Below, one piece after another: positions 1 to 13,703 of a stretch of DNA of 64,000 nucleotides. Every line of letters begins with the position of its first letter. Within the stretch, counting starts at the first letter, position 1. The notes beneath the pieces are model-generated. The model saw nothing but the letters and a program-made list of their open reading frames with translations. It searched no databases and was not told the origin of the DNA. Origin of the DNA: Octopus bimaculoides (Eukaryota); assembly GCF_001194135.2 (NCBI RefSeq), contig NC_068992.1:28745221-28809220 (forward strand), in the 5' to 3' direction. Both the position numbers and the translations under genes were made by a program.

Positions 1-50
1 TACCAGCATGGAAAACGGACATTAAATGATGATGATGATGATGATGATGA
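1..50 (+). mobile_element. 3' end of RTE-type LINE/non-autonomous tail with (GAT)n
   Basis: CCAGCATGGAAAACGGACATTAAATGATGATG matches the tails at 7100-7150, 29675-29722 and 46220-46258. Confidence 0.65.
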
Positions 51-489
51 TTACATTCATACCAGAATTAGCTCAACCTTTTTTACCTTGTGCGGTCAAT
101 AGAAATAACAGCAGTAATGTACTGAAGCTAGGTCAATATACTACCACCACCACCACCACCACCACCACACCTATTGATTTATAATTTTGCCCCAGTCTGA
201 GGATTTACTGTATGACGATAACACAGATTGAAAAGATGGCAAAGAAGGAGACATGTTGGTAGGCTTGATGTTATACAATAATTAGTTCCAAGTCTCAATG
301 CTGTAAGTTCACAATCTGCTTAATACTTTACAACTGGTATATAACATGTTTATCATGGATAACTGCAATGTTAGCATGCTCCACTGGATGTGAAATGCCA
401 GTGTGCATGAATGATGGAGCACACGTGAGCTGAAAGGAAGAAAAAATGGCTATCAGAGTAATTAGTATTAGTAGTAGTAGTAGTATGTA

Positions 490-775
490 GAGAGAAGATT
501 GTGTTGGTATTACAGACATGTGTTGGAGATGAAAGATAACAGTGAGATAGAAGTGTTAAGTGATCCAAATGGAAGGATCCTGCGCAGAAGAAGAAGGTTG
601 GTGAAAACATGAGAAGATGTAATGAAGATTGATAGGGAGATGAACCTCAAAAAGGAAATAACAAATGACTGTGACAATTGGTTTGACACCAAGCTGGAGA
701 AGACTTGTCCAATCCACTTGAACATGGAGAAAAAAGAAAAAAACAAAAGGATATAAAATGACATTCATAGAGTGC
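490..775 (+). pseudogene. Degraded RTE LINE ORF C-terminus
   Basis: Reads RLCWYYRHV...GRILRRRRRLVKT*EDVMKID, resembling the RL.W.GHV...G.R.RGRP.KTW.D motif of the copy at 29129-29722. Confidence 0.5.
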
Positions 776-1488
776 AAAAATATCCAGATAATTATATAAC
801 ATGTTTATAGATGATGATGATGAAACTGTCAGTTAAGCTAGCTGTTCAAGACATGATTTTAACTTTTAGTGCTGAGATTAAATCAAAGCACACAGACTCT
901 AAGTAAGCTAGATAGGAGATTTATCCCTTAAATTGATCAGCAGAATACTAGATCAAATGTTTTAAGTAAGACAATACAACACTATACTTAACTGAAAACC
1001 TCACTGAACTAAAAACCAGCATAAAAAAAAAAATTAAGAGTTAAAATATAGTGGCAATAACGATGATTATTATGATGGTGATGATATATTTCATCACAAT
1101 CTAATGCATTAAGAAAAAATTATCATTATTATTATTATTGGAGTAGTGGGGAGAGGGGATTGAAGTTTGAGTTAATCAGCAAAAACAGCAAAATAGCCGA
1201 CTTAAAAACCCCACCAGAAACAAAAGAGTAGCTTGGGTAAATTCTTTTGATTGGGAAGGTGGAGGAGAGAATGTAATTTAATAAAAAATTAGATAAATAA
1301 ATAAAATAAAATTAAAAAAAGTAAAGAAAATATTTCAAAATAACTGGAATTAGAAATTGGTTGAATAAATTCAGAACATATTCCTTAGAGCTCTATATGA
1401 AAATAAGTGTATTTGTGAAGAGTTAGTGATTAATTTTAATCAAATGAAAGAATGTAATATATGTATGTATGTATATCTACAAGAATTA

Positions 1489-1535
<47 letters not shown>

Positions 1536-2191
1536 NNNNNNNNNNNNNNNNNNNNNNNNNNNNNNNNNNNNNNNNNNNNNNNNNNNNNNNNNNNNNNNNN
1601 NNNNNNNNNNNNNNNNNNNNNNNNNNNNNNNNNNNNNNNNNNNNNNNNNNNNNNNNNNNNNNNNNNNNNNNNNNNNNNNNNNNNNNNNNNNNNNNNNNNN
1701 NNNNNNNNNNNNNNNNNNNNNNNNNNNNNNNNNNNNNNNNNNNNNNNNNNNNNNNNNNNNNNNNNNNNNNNNNNNNNNNNNNNNNNNNNNNNNNNNNNNN
1801 NNNNNNNNNNNNNNNNNNNNNNNNNNNNNNNNNNNNNNNNNNNNNNNNNNNNNNNNNNNNNNNNNNNNNNNNNNNNNNNNNNNNNNNNNNNNNNNNNNNN
1901 NNNNNNNNNNNNNNNNNNNNNNNNNNNNNNNNNNNNNNNNNNNNNNNNNNNNNNNNNNNNNNNNNNNNNNNNNNNNNNNNNNNNNNNNNNNNNNNNNNNN
2001 NNNNNNNNNNNNNNNNNNNNNNNNNNNNNNNNNNNNNNNNNNNNNNNNNNNNNNNNNNNNNNNNNNNNNNNNNNNNNNNNNNNNNNNNNNNNNNNNNNNN
2101 NNNNNNNNNNNNNNNNNNNNNNNNNNNNNNNNNNNNNNNNNNNNNNNNNNNNNNNNNNNNNNNNNNNNNNNNNNNNNNNNNNNNNNNNNNN

Positions 2192-2246
<55 letters not shown>

Positions 2247-2862
2247 TGTGTATATAAAGTATCCTTGGAATGAATCTAAAATCTGAACAAGATTATGAGA
2301 ATACATAGGCATACATACAATGCATACTCACACACACAGTATTTCAGAATTGCAAAAGTAAAATGGCTGAAATGTGTTTATGTGAGAGTGGGTGCAGGCA
2401 GATAGGCAGGCACACATACATAATAGTGATATTGTAAAAGATTAAATTCTTATAACAAATCTTTCTTCTCCACACATCTAGCACCACCAATTCTGCAAAA
2501 CTGAACACATTTCATCATAAAACTCATTTACTTTCATAAAATTGAGAGAAAAAAAAAAAACGAAAAGAAAAAGAAGGGGAAAGAAAAGCATTAAAAGTTA
2601 ATCACACAGTGAGAGGTGTTTTTAGGAGAACTTTAATAGATTGCTGTAGGTTTTGAGAATAGATATATGAATGTATGTAATAGTGTGTATTTGTATGCAC
2701 GTTTATGCACAGACACACACACACACACACACAAACCATATTTCTATACTGTGATCTCAAATATAATGTGACCCTATTTTTTTTCTTTTTCTATTCTCTA
2801 GTATAATGCTATCCTCCTAATTTTGGTCCTGATGATGTTTCATATTAAATTTCTCCTATTTT

Positions 2863-2921
<59 letters not shown>

Positions 2922-3319
2922 CATATATATATATATACACGCACACACACACATTAATATACAAACACACACATTCATATATCTAATATGTGCAGTACAT
3001 CTACATGTATAAGTGTACACATACATGTGCATAAGTGTCTGTGAGCGTGTATACCTGCAATGCATATATCCATACACAAAGGAGTATATGTGCAAGTGTG
3101 TGCATTTGGCAAGATCACAAAGAATTACGTAGATAATGAATGTAAAAGAAAAAGAATGTAAAATATTTAAAATTCCAGCCTAAATCAATCATTTGCAGAG
3201 TTAAAGTATTTGAGGAAGGGATGCATTATAGGAAAAGGATGTTGGATAATAAAGGAATAGTGTAAGGACACAGTGTAGGGTGGTTGGGATGTGTAAAGAA
3301 CGAATGGTAGGGTACAGAG

Positions 3320-3577
3320 CAGTGGTTCTTAAATGAGATCCACACAGCTCTTGGGGGTTCATATAAGATTTTGTTGTTAAAATTTGTGCAAGAAACTGGT
3401 TATACATCTACAATTCTCAAGGTATTTTAACAATATATTCTTTATAATTAAATATTATTAGGAATTGTATAAAAAAAAGAAATTAAGATTTTTTAAACAT
3501 TGAATGGCTAGGAAGGTCCAGAAGAGTGAGAAAAGAATCAAGGAGTTCACAGGTAAAAAAATGGTTGAGAAACACAA
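3320..3577. mobile_element. hAT-like MITE
   Basis: Ends CAGTGGTTCTTAA / GGTTGAGAAACAC; 8-bp TSD GTACAGAG/GAACAGAG (7/8). Confidence 0.75.
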
Positions 3578-3647
3578 GAACAGAGCGTAGAAGGGCGATA
3601 ATGAGCAATATTGCTTCTAACTTTTAGTAGTCGGTCGATAAGCACAT

Positions 3648-3825
3648 GTACAGCTGTGTGGTAAGAGATTTGCTTCTGAACCTCATGGTTTTTGGGGTTC
3701 AGTCCCACTGTATGGTACCTTTAGCAAATGTCTTCTAATGTAGCTCTAGGCTGACCAAAGTCTTGTGAGTGGATTTCATGAATGGAAACTGAAAGAAGCC
3801 TATAATATATATATATATATTCTGG
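3648..3825 (+). mobile_element. SINE family A, tRNA-like head only
   Basis: GCTGTGTGGTAAG...GGTTCAGTCCCACTG...GGAAACTGAAAGAAGCC as in 4922-5363. Confidence 0.7.
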
Positions 3826-4269
3826 TTCTCTCAGTCAAAGGACTACAGTTGTAGGTACAAATAGCAAGGGTTGTTACCTGCTACCTTGGCAGTCTATTGT
3901 TACTTGAGATTCTTAGCTGCCTCTGGTCATTCAAGATTTCACTCCACCACCATGTAGTGGTCCAACTGGCTTGCAGGATACTGAGGCCTGTTTCCTTGCA
4001 CTGTTTTAGCTTTTAAGATGAAGCCACCCTGCTGGCTAGGTGAGCAGGCCATTTATTACCCCTTCAGTTTAACTAGCTTCCAACCACTAGTGAATGGACT
4101 CTGTGCTTGCTTTCATGAGGTAGTCCTTTCATAAGGTCAGAAGTCTAGTACCTTTATAACTTGGTTGAACCTGCCTGACATACCCCTGGGGGTTTGCTGG
4201 GCATATCCCCAGACAATCATTACCACTGTTGAGGTATGGAAGGAGGATTTTGCAACAGGGAGAATCAGA

Positions 4270-4645
4270 ATGACCCAGCTAATGCATGAGGAAAAGAAAA
4301 ATCGCATGTGGTATACTAGGGCTCTGTGAAACACATTGAACAAAACAAATCTGAAATGGAGAGATGGAAATGTTTTGAGACTCAGAAAAAGTAGAAAGTG
4401 CAAGAACAACAGGTGGAACAGGGTACGTCATAAGCAAAGAACAAGCTTTGAAAACTGCTTCATGCAAATTGTCTTTGTCACACATTGGAGTACTAAACAT
4501 TCATCTCTCAAGAAATGCCACCCTGAAGATCATCCAGACCTATGCTCCTACAAATATGAGTGAAGATGATGAAGTGGAAGAATTCTACCAAGAGCTACAA
4601 AAAAACATTAGCAAACAAATCCACTTTCACCATAGTGATGGTCAT
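4270..4645 (+). pseudogene. RTE LINE AP-endonuclease fragment
   Basis: LKIIQTYAPTNMSEDDEVEEFYQELQK then (frameshift) KSTFTIVM: the RTE APE motif Q.YAPT...E.EEFY; stops just before GDFN. Confidence 0.8.
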
Positions 4646-4921
4646 GGAAAATCGGCATCAACATATTCTGTCTGACCCATGTGAGCATGGAAATGTGGAT
4701 AAAATGATGATGATGGTGATGATGAATGTGTGCAAAAATCTTGAGATAATACATGATTTATTCAAAACAATATGAAAAATAAGCTTTAAATATGGTAAAG
4801 TAATTTCAATGCTAAAAGTTAATGGCTAAAGGTTCAAAAGGGTCTGTCCAGGTGACAGAGATCTGTCTTCTAACAAAGTGCCAAAACTGCCAAAGAAAAT
4901 GTTACAAAAAGTTCAAGTCAT

Positions 4922-5090
4922 AGGCGCAGGAGTGGCTGTGTGGTAAGTAGCTTGCTTACCAACCACATGGTTCCGGGTTCAGTCCCACTGCATGGCACCT
5001 TGGGTGAGTGTCTTCTATAGCCTCGGGCCGACCAAAGCCTTGCAAGTGGATTTGGTAGACGGAAACTGAAAGAAGCCCGTCGTATGTATG

Positions 5091-5155
<65 letters not shown>

Positions 5156-5363
5156 TTGTGTGTCTGTGTTTGTCCACCCCAACATCGCTTGACAACCAAT
5201 GCTGGTGTGTTTATGTCCCCGTAACTTAGCGGTTTGGCAAAAAAGATCGATAGAATAAGTACTAGGCTTACAAAGAATAAGTTCTGGGGTTGATTTGCTC
5301 AACTAAAGGTGGTGTTCCAGCATGGCCACAGTCAAATGACTGAAACAAGTAAAAGAGTAAAGA
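4922..5363 (+). mobile_element. SINE family A, full-length, young
   Basis: A-box-like TGGCTGTGTGG, B-box-like GGTTCAGTCCC, central (TA)/(TG)n, 3' part ending GACTGAAACAAGTAAAAGAG; many copies in the window. Confidence 0.9.
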
Positions 5364-5986
5364 GAGTTATCTCTAGACTAGTCCTGACAGCTTGTTATTG
5401 TTTAGCACTAAGTCAATCCTGATTGAGTAGATCTATGATCCAAACATTCCAGCCATGACCATCCATCTTTTTGTATAGAGACTACAGTTCATTGTGCAAG
5501 GCATCCTTTCCATTTAAGCTGCTCAGGTGTAATTTATAGTTTTGGCTGCTATTTCTAGCAGCTTCAACAGCCACCTAGAAGCTCCCTTGTTGGGTCATTT
5601 TGACAGCTAGTTGGAGAGAGAAGTGACATGTAGAATTAAAGTAAAGAGTACTACCTGTTCATGGATTTGAACTGAAACCCTATGGACTGGTTGTATAATC
5701 TTATATCTATAGGTCAAGTTCATTTTTAGCACAGAGTAGTCTGGTATAAATAATGAATATATACGTCTTATATTGGCACTAAATTCTTAAGAGTGAAAAC
5801 TACCCGATAGACAATCAATTCATTCTGTGGTTTTGCTATTCTATTGCCAAGTTACATACCACCACCACCACCACCGCCCTCCCAACTAATTCCTCACCTA
5901 AAAAAAGAAAAGAGAAAAAAAACCCTTAAATCATTAAAATATTACCATCAACCAGATTTTTTTTAAAAATTGCAATGAAAGTGAGA

Positions 5987-6021
<35 letters not shown>

Positions 6022-6694
6022 CGACGACGATGATGAATTTAAAAAGAAAAAAAGACAAAAACCCTCTAATAGTAATTGAGAAGTGAAGTAGCCATCTCCT
6101 AATACAAAGGCTTTCCTGTATCAGAATACCACCACATTAACATCTCTGCATCAATACACAGACAGAACACTCTATAGCTGTATATAGACACCTAAATAGA
6201 ATAATTGAGTGTGATTGGATTAAAAACACTCAGAATGTTGTACTGAGGAGGTGTTAAGAGCTTTCCCACCAATAAAGGTGTTTTATTACACAAAGGGTTT
6301 TACTAGGGTGATTGGTTCAATTGATTCTGCTATTTTATTTGCTGTTGATATCATATCTATCATATGATCTTTTTCTCCCTGTCTCTCTCTCACCCCACAC
6401 ATATTTGCACATAAATCTACACATGCACATATTTGTAAACCCCCGCCCCCCCACGCATGTATACACACACACACACACACACGTATATGCCTGTATAGGC
6501 ACAAGCATGGATGCGTGGTTAAGAATTTTGCTTTCCAACTATGTGGTTTTGAGTTCAGTCCCACAGCATGGCACCTTGGACAAGCAGCTTCTACTATACT
6601 CTCAGGCTGACCAAAGCCTTCTGAGTGGTCTGTAGTGGATGGAAACTGAAAGAAGACCGTCATACATACATACACACATATATATATGTAGACA

Positions 6695-7145
6695 CAGGCA
6701 TGGCTGTGTGGTAAGAAACTTGCTTCCCAACCACATGATTCCAAGTTCAGTCCCATTGTGTGACACCTTGGGCAAGTGTCTTCTACTAAAGCCTTGGGGC
6801 TGACCAAGGCTTTGTGGGTGGATTTAGTAGATGCCCATTATACATACATTCGAGCGAGATCGTTGCCAGTGCCCCTGGACAGGCCCTGTGCAGGTGGCAC
6901 GTAAAATACACCATTTCGAGCGTGGCCGTTGCCAGCACCCGCCTGACTGGCTCTCGTGCCAGTGGCACGTAAAAACATCCACTACACTTCTGTAGTGGTT
7001 GGCGTTAGGAAGGGCATCCAGCTGTAGAAACTCTGCCAAATCAGACTGGAGCCTGGTGTCGCCTCCTGGTCCACCAGTCCTCAGTCAAATCGTCCAACCC
7101 ATGCTAGCATGGAAAGCGGACGTTAAACGACGATGATGATAATGA

Positions 7146-7210
<65 letters not shown>

Positions 7211-7425
7211 CGTGTGTCTTTGTGTCTGCATTTGTCCCTCCACCCCAACACTTAACAATAACAGTTGCTGTTGGTGTGTTTACATCCCTGTAACTTAGCG
7301 ATTCAGTAAAAGAGAATGAGTACTAAGCTTAAAAAAATAAGTCCTGGGGTTGATTTATTCAACTAAAATTCTTCAAGATAGTGCCCCAGCACGGCTGCAG
7401 TTAAATGACTGAAACAAGTAAAAGA
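6695..7425 (+). mobile_element. SINE family A interrupted in its microsatellite linker by an RTE-type tail element
   Basis: Head 6695-6835, insert 6849-7150, 3' half 7210-7425; another head lies at 6503-6665. Confidence 0.75.
6849..7150 (+). mobile_element. RTE-tail non-autonomous element with internal tandem repeat
   Basis: TTCGAGCGAGATCGTTG start, GGAAGGGCATCCAGCTGTAGAAA core, (GAT)n end; near-identical to 45959-46258. Confidence 0.8.
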
Positions 7426-7559
7426 TCTTGACAATGCAACATAGTTGTAAACGAATGTCACAGTCATACAAGTGGTGTCATTTGTTTCTAACTTTCCATA
7501 AAAATATGACCTTGCTTGGAAATGAGTAGTTTCACGGAAAAGTAAATGCTAAAACAATG

Positions 7560-7800
7560 CTGATGGTATGGACTGCATGACAGGAACTAGAAAAGCCAGG
7601 GGTCACATTAGGTTCCACAGTTTGCTTGGCTTGGTTTCTATGGCTGGATGCCCTTTCTAATGCCAATTACTCCACAGAGTGTACTGGGTGCTTTCTAAAT
7701 GGCACCATCACTCACACCAGTGCTTTTTACATGACACCAGCACCTACACAAATGCTTTTTAAGTGGCACCTTGGTTTTAAGATCTCAATTCTATTGTGAT
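7560..7800 (-). mobile_element. RTE-type 3' tail fragment
   Basis: Reverse complement of the TTAGGAAGGGCATCCAGC..TAGAAACC core. Confidence 0.65.
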
Positions 7801-8267
7801 GTGTGGGTCTTCTTGAGTATAGCACTGCACCACATATCTTGGTCCTTTACCCAAGGTACTACACAAAAGGACTGAGCCCAGAACCATGTGGTTATGAAAT
7901 GAACTTCTTCACCACACAGCTCTGTTTGTCCTATCAATAACAGAAATTACTATTAAAAAATAGGACATATTTAAAATGAGAATCAAAAACTAAGGCCTAT
8001 GGGTTTGCACTACTTTAATATCAATCCTATCCTGGAGTCAATAAAATGGTTTACCGTTAATGTAAAAGGATTGATTCAATTAACTATAGCCTGGCTCCAA
8101 GAAATCCTGGTTTTGTACCTATGTAATAAAATCAATATTATAGGGCATGCGAGGGAAGAAAGCAGAGCTGAATGTATTTTAGTTATTTCTGTTTTGTACA
8201 CACGCATTCTTGGTTGAGATGATTCACACCTTTCACTGGTAATATCATTTTAATATTTTCCTTAAAA

Positions 8268-8490
8268 TAAGGCAGCAAGCTGGCAGAATTATTAGCATGC
8301 TGGGCACAATGCTTAGCAGCATTTCGGTTATCTTCATGTTCTGAGTTCTAATTCCAGCAAGGTCGACTTTGCCTTTCATCCTTTTGGGGTTGACAAAATA
8401 AGTTCCAGTTGAGTACTGGGGTAGATGTAATCAACTTATCCCCTACCTGAACTTGCAAGCCTTATGCCAAAATTAAAACCAATATTTTCC
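8268..8490 (+). mobile_element. SINE family B (tRNA-like head)
   Basis: GCTGGCAGAAT..TTAGCA...GAGTTCTAATTCC...CGACTTTGCCTTTCATCC...AAGT.CCAGTTGAG.ACTGGGG. Confidence 0.8.
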
Positions 8491-10149
8491 TTTAAAAATA
8501 TAATAATAAAAAAAAAAATTGATGCTGATAAGCTGCTTTTATGTGAAAACTCACATTGTCTGGCAAGAACTTGAGACCTAGTCTTTAGCAATGAAAATGT
8601 GCTAAAATTAAAAATGCAGATTTCTTACACAGAGACTGGGTCTTAATTTTGTAGAAGTATATAACTGTCACAATTCTATTAACAATAACACCAGCACATC
8701 ACAACATACACAGCAATACTTGATTGAGTTGCATGGTTAGTTAACAAGTTTGTTCCTGCAACTATTTGGGCTCTGGCTTAACCCCACTGTGTGTTGCATT
8801 AGACAAGTATCTTCTACCACAGCCTTAGGTCAATTTTTGTGAGTGAAATTTGGTAGACTGAGACTGAAGAAGTCCATCAAAAGGGCAATAAATTAAATCT
8901 GTTGCTTCATGTAATAGCACTACCTGGCCTGTTGAGAGCACTTGACAGAGTAGAATTTGCTACAAATATTTTGGCCAGGTCTGTAGGTTATGGATAAGTT
9001 CCTCACTAAATCTTGCTAGTCCTGGAGACCCTGAGGAAAGTCATGGATTCTACAATTTCTTCTTTAACTAAATCCATTTTATTGACTGTGAACAGATAAA
9101 AAGTGAATTGATACTTAGTGGAATTTGAACTCAGAATATAAAGGAATGGAACTAAATATAGGGTTTTTAAGTAACACAACCCCATCTCTGTTAATTCATC
9201 ATCCTTACACAAGGATTTCTAATATAAACACAAAAGATCTCAATTTTGTGTGTGTGGGGAGGGGGACTGAAGGAGAGGGAGCTAACAGTTAGTATAATGT
9301 ATTTGACTGCATAAAAGTTGCAAGGGTATGAGATATACCCAATTTCAGCATCACATAATCAGGGAAAAAGACTTTTGTAGCGTATGTAATATAGACTCAA
9401 GTTTGCATATAAGACTTAGGGTGACTTTCGAGACACTTATAAGTGCCTCTTATATGTTGTCAAATATGTTAATTAACTCCAGTGCTTAACTGGTAGTTTT
9501 CCCTTGCCCCACTTGTTAATTGTAATCAGTACACGCACACACATGCTGGAGTAGACACAGGCGTAGAATTATGGAGTTCACTTTGCAACCACATGGTTCA
9601 GGTTTGATCCCCCACTGCATGGCACCTTGAGCAAGTGTCTTCTCCAATAGGCACTTAGTTTGACCAACACAGAGTGAGTGGAATTTGTGAAGTGGAAATT
9701 GTTTGGAAGCTTATCATGTATATCTTTCACCAATGAATATCAGCAAAAAATGTTAATAATGATAAAAAAAAAAGTGTTCAAATATGAAATACATTTTATT
9801 TCTTAATTCTACTGAATTAATCCTTTGTTACTCTCCCTATTGTAAAATCAGTGGTCCAGTGGTGACAGGTCTGTTACATAGCTGCAATTAATAATGCTAT
9901 TACAATATAAAATACACAGGTGGGTTCAGCCCCACTGCACAACACACTGGGAAAATGTCTTCGACTCTAGCTCCAGGCTGACCAAAGGTATGGGAGTGGA
10001 TTTGGTAATATATACATATACAGCAAATCATCACGTCTCCTGGTCCCTAGCCATTTCACTGACGAAATGACAATGGACTGGGAGTGGCGATTTGCTGTAC
10101 TTGATAAGATGCATCAAGCTAAGTAAAATCACCGTTTCCCACACATACA

Positions 10150-10645
10150 GGTTTGTCCTTCAGGTGCTGGTGCCACTTAAAAAGTACCTGTGCTGGTGCT
10201 GCATTAACGCACCTGTGCTGATGGCATGTAAAAAGCTCTCAGCACACTATGGAAAGTGGTTGGCATTAGGAAGGGCAACCAGCCACAGAAAATATGCCAC
10301 AACGGACAGTTGGAGTCAGGACAACTCCCTGCTAGCCAGCTCCGTTTCAAACCATCCAACCCATGCCAGCATGGAAAGAGGACGCAAGACAATGATGATG
10401 ATGATGTGCGTGTTTGTACCCTTGCTTAGACACTATGGAGTATCATTGTCATAGAAGCAAGGTTGTTCATTCCTAGTCTTTCATGAAAAACATGTCCAGC
10501 AACAGAAATATATTACTTGGCTTGGAAGAAGGTAAGAGTTGGCAATAAGAAGAGCATCCAACCATAGGAAATCAACCTCAAAAACTTCCATCTGACCCAT
10601 GCAAGCATGTAAAAGTGAATATCAAATGATAATAATGATGATGAC
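10150..10645 (+). mobile_element. Two adjacent RTE-type 3' tails (10150-10405, 10440-10645)
   Basis: Both carry the AAG.GCA.CCA core and CCCATGC.AGCATG followed by (GAT)n. Confidence 0.7.
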
Positions 10646-11022
10646 TGGAATGTGTGACTTGAGGGCGATCTGGCTACTAGTTCTAGTAGGTTGAATGGCT
10701 CCACAGAATGTTCTTGTTTCAAATTAGGTGTAAGGGTCTCTTATCTTTTGATCTTCACAACATGCCACTCATTTCACAGACGTTTGTCTGCTAATGTTTA
10801 ATATAGCAACATATCACATCTTGATTCGATGTTTTCAATGAGAATTAACCCACAAGGATATGAATAAATTATTAGTTAACAACTAAAAATAGTTAAGAAG
10901 AGTTAAAATATTATTATTACATGTAAAGCTGTTTTTAGAGACTAAAAAGAATGCAACAAATTAGATTGCACTGGTTGAGAGTGTGTGTGTAAATGCAAAA
11001 GAAAAATAAGGGAGAGAGAGAG

Positions 11023-11057
<35 letters not shown>

Positions 11058-11823
11058 AAGAAAGATAGCAATACAGTGAGGAAAAAGATGAATGAATGGA
11101 TGAGAGAGAGAGAGAGAGAGAAATTGTGGAGAATAGAAAAAGAGGAAGATCGAAAGCAAAAGATACAGATAGATAGAAATAAATAGACAATAAATGAAGA
11201 GATGCTTGAACTGTTGGCTGTGCAAGTTGTATTGCAACTATTGTTGAATAATGTTAAGTGGGAGCAGGTGTACAAACACGCAGGATGCACTGGGCTGGTG
11301 TAAAGGTGTGGCGGCAGTCATTCAGGAGAGAGAAAGGCTGGGAGATGGAGATATAGATGAAGCAATGGCAGAGAGAAAGAGGTTAGGCAGAGAAAGAACT
11401 GTATTTGAAACATCAGCCAGTAATCTATAACTACAGATGACACATCCAAAACAATATCCAAAACTACACAAAGAGAATTCAAAGAGCTCAGAGAGATTCT
11501 ATGTCAGCTAAAGTCAGTTGAGTAAGAAAAGAAAGAAAAAGTCTCTGAAATGCTATTAAATATTTCCATCTCAACATATCGCAAACAGACCTAGCATCTA
11601 GGGAGGAGGATGAGAGGAAGGTATAATTTTTATTGTTGTTGTTATTAAATTCTAACTTTATTATGAGAAATTCCTCCAGAATATCCCAGACAAACCACTG
11701 GTATTTTGGGACAATAATGCCACTACAAGCTATTCCCTAACTGCTCTCCATTTTTCTACATATACACTACACTGGAGTCTTGATGCAGTCAGTTGACTTG
11801 CTCTAAGTAGCAACTAAATTCTC

Positions 11824-12243
11824 TTAACACTTTATGGCATTTAACCCTTTCGTTACTGGATTTATTTTGAGATGCTCTGTTTCTTTCAATTATTTTAAAT
11901 ATAACAAAGAATTTAGTAAAATAACTTAGTTATCATTCAGCTAGTGTTATGAACATAAATTGTGACTAAGGTTTGATGGAAGATTTTCATTGAAAACTTA
12001 TGAAAACAAGATATTTGTACTCATAGCAAGAGCCAGTTTCAACCGGGTTAGTATCAAAAGGGTTAAGCTGGCCATATCCAGCCCAAATATTCTACTTGTT
12101 TTATGTTCAGGCAGGAACATAAATCGAGCCTCTCACACTTACCCTACAATGCCATTCTTAAAATAAACAATCACATCATTGAAAATAAATTCAAAACCCT
12201 GTGAATTACTGAGCATTTGACAGAATAATCTGAATGGGTTCAA
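11824..12243. mobile_element. piggyBac-like MITE family 2 (host of a nested MITE)
   Basis: TTAACACTTTATGGCATTTAA [insert] GCTGGCCATATCCAGCCC... is colinear with 33460-33680. Confidence 0.65.
11845..12062. mobile_element. piggyBac-like MITE family 1
   Basis: TTAA|CCCTTTCGTTAC ... GTATCAAAAGGG|TTAA; second copy at 36731-36950. Confidence 0.85.
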
Positions 12244-12694
12244 TCCCAACCAATCTTACAAAGAAAAAGGAAAAAAAAAAAAAGACATATTGGCATATGT
12301 ATTCCTAGATATACAAAAGCAGGTTGGTGATGACTGAAATGTCTTTGATGACAGGTCTGTTTAACCGAGGCCAAAACAACTACAGTAACAGCTCACTGAA
12401 AGATAAGCCGTTTCCCCATTTTTCTCTATTACTTCTACTGCTATTACAATAGCCTCTGCTCTCTGGCTGATTGGCAAAAAGATTTTTTCAATAAATTACA
12501 AAATCTTATTCACAGTCATGATTCCTCTCTGACATTTTTTTTATCACTACTACAATACCCTCTGCCCCAAAAAGCTAACCATCTTCACTCTCATTCTAAG
12601 CCCACTCATGCACCCATCTGTGTACATTTCTCTCTCTCTCTCTCTCACATATACACAGTATCACTCATCTTCTCTCTCTCACACAGTCTCTCCT

Positions 12695-12727
<33 letters not shown>

Positions 12728-13703
12728 TAGTCTCTTCCTCTCTCTCTCTCTCTCTCTCTCTCCCCCATTATTTTTTTTCCTTTGTTTCATACACAGATCC
12801 AGCACTAAATACATTGCCGAGTGCATGTGTGCAGAAGAAGGAGTGTGGAATAGAGACAGACAAACAATGTAAGAAAGAAAGAAATGTCTAGACTCAACAA
12901 AGTGCTATCCAGTCAAGAACTGGAGATCTATCAAATTCCCTACTCCTATACCCTACACCAATTTATAGCCTTTCCACTTCAGTTAAAAATCATTATTTGG
13001 TGAAAAGTGATGAACTGGCAGAATGATTAGAGCCCTGCAGTATTTGTTCTGGTTCTCTCCCTTCTGAGTTCAAATCCGGCAAAGTACTGGGGTCAAAGAA
13101 AACAATTATTCACTTACTCCAAATTTTTGACTGCTGGCTTTGTATGAAATAAGTTTTCACAGATATGGCTGTGTGGTGAAAAAGCTGCCATTGAACAACA
13201 TGTTGGGCAAGAGTCTTGTACGATAACATTGGGGCAACAAGTGTCCTGTGAGTGCATTTGGTAGACAGAAATTGTGTGGAAGTCTCTCAGATATATAATT
13301 GTTAAACAGGACAGTAAACATTAAGGCATTGGGTGAGATGCTGTACAAACAGTTGTAGTACATCATTTCGTGCAGGTGTGCCTCGTCAGGTGACTTGTCA
13401 AAAGGTACCTCATTCTTTAATCTCTGTTTCATTTATTTCAATTTGCTTGTAGCTACTTGCTTACAAGAGAAAACATTCTAGCTCATGTTTTCTCCTGTAT
13501 GTAAGTAGCTACATTGCGTAACTGAACTGAAAACTTTGTGCTTGGGAAACACTCATCAGAGCAGACTCCTTACAGCACACCCCAATCTAATGTAAATTCA
13601 AATATAAAAGACAATAAATCACTGCAGTTCTATATTTAAGAGATGAGGAATTATGTATATTATTTACATTTGATAGATATTTGTCCTCATCTTGTTTGTT
13701 GTT

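Noticed and set aside
1426-2312. Long ORFs spanning N runs (also 38263-38868, 40003-41004, 44644-45440, 60688-60972)
   Set aside because: They are open only because N codons are not stops; flanks are microsatellites.
5860-5897. 38-nt minus-strand exon candidate (TTTTAG|...GTG|GTATGT)
   Set aside because: Half of it is a (GGT)n repeat; it has a stop in the phase needed to follow the 16472 candidate.
12797-12868. 72-nt plus-strand exon candidate (CACAG|...AAT|GTAAGA)
   Set aside because: Good splice signals but no recognisable protein and no partner exon; cannot be supported without RNA data.
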